DNA of 64,000 nt from Callorhinchus milii (Eukaryota), in assembly GCF_018977255.1 (NCBI RefSeq), contig NW_024704753.1, forward strand, positions 372,001 to 436,000, read 5' to 3'. Each line of letters starts with the position of its first letter. The first letter of the stretch is position 1. This document shows, piece after piece, positions 63,290 through 64,000 of this stretch. The translations under genes were made by a program, and so were the position numbers. The notes below the pieces were generated by a model. It did no database searches and was not told where the DNA came from. It saw nothing but the letters and a program-made list of their open reading frames with translations.

Positions 63290-63723
63290 GCGAAAAATGT
63301 ATCGCGATCCCCGCGTTTGATACCCGCAGCGCCTCCTCACGCGCGTCGCCGAGACGCCTCAAAGCGCTTCACGGAATACAGCGCAAAGTGAAGTCGACCG
63401 TTGCATTTTGCGGGCGGAGCGCGGCAGCCAATTGCGCACAGCGGCGTCCGTCCCCCGTCCGTCCCCCCCTCCAGCCCCGCACCGCACCGCACACACGCAC
63501 AGTCGTGGGTTGAGTGACCGCGTTATTATTTTTTTTGTTTGAAGGGGTTATTACCTTCGGAAAAGCCATCCGTCCGCCAACCGACTAACGACTGGGGTTC
63601 CTGCTTCCCGCAAGGTAACCGGAGGCGCGGAGTTGAGGAAACCTGCCTCGGTTTCGCCTGCCCCGGGAATCGAACCCTGGTCCTTTCGCCGGCGAGGAGA
63701 GCGCTCGCACCACGACAGGACTC
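63290..63723 (-). mobile_element. tRNA-derived SINE, GC-rich copy
   Basis: Reverse strand shows B box GGTTCGATTCC, GGAACCCCAGTCGTTAGTCGGTTGGC body and GTGAAGCGCTTTGAGG tail region. Confidence 0.75.
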
Positions 63724-64000
63724 CGATGTCCGGCACTGTTTTGTCGGACTTCGTTTTTTTTTACACTCCAGTAATTTTAAATTATCGCAGGTTTGCAAAA
63801 CTTTCAATGGTTGTCCATTTGAAACCTTTCAAAATTTTGAACCCAAAAAGTATTAACCTTAGATCCTCCAATTCTCATGAATACGCTCAAAATCACTGAC
63901 TGGACAATTCGAATAGTGTCAGTTGTAGTGTGAGAATGTTGTTCTGATGTTTTCTGTTGCACTTGACAGGTGCACACTTTTGTTTAAGCAAGTAGCTGTT

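Noticed and set aside
62708-63340. 160-185 aa ORFs in the terminal CpG island
   Set aside because: GC-driven open frames with no recognisable motif.

Overview
Vertebrate nuclear DNA, most likely a cartilaginous fish (inferred from the chimaera/shark-type tRNA-SINE, Deu-SINE, L2 and CR1 repeats; species not determined). It is the conserved SLRP-CENPP-NOL8 locus. Three small leucine-rich proteoglycan genes on + (asporin-like 3872-10701, osteomodulin 20942-22331, osteoglycin 29066-33348) are nested antisense in one large intron of CENPP (- strand, five coding exons 34373-41230, remainder outside the window). CENPP is head-to-head with NOL8 (+, 46142-56299) across a CpG island holding a G-rich minisatellite. 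NOL8 has a U12 AT-AC intron and three apparent 1-nt deletions, probably assembly errors. The most notable item is an intronless 192-aa gene (- strand, 59516-60094) with its own TATA box and polyA signal. It carries HEXIM-like motifs (HRRR, APRNTNQFLM, FMQRDF) but has PYNT changed to PRNT and no cyclin-T coiled coil, and it also resembles CCER1. The window ends in a CCAAT/ATF4-element CpG promoter, probably of IARS1. The asporin and osteomodulin both lack the acidic mineral-binding tracts of their mammalian orthologs. All homology calls come from recalled motifs and hand-spliced exons; no database search was run.
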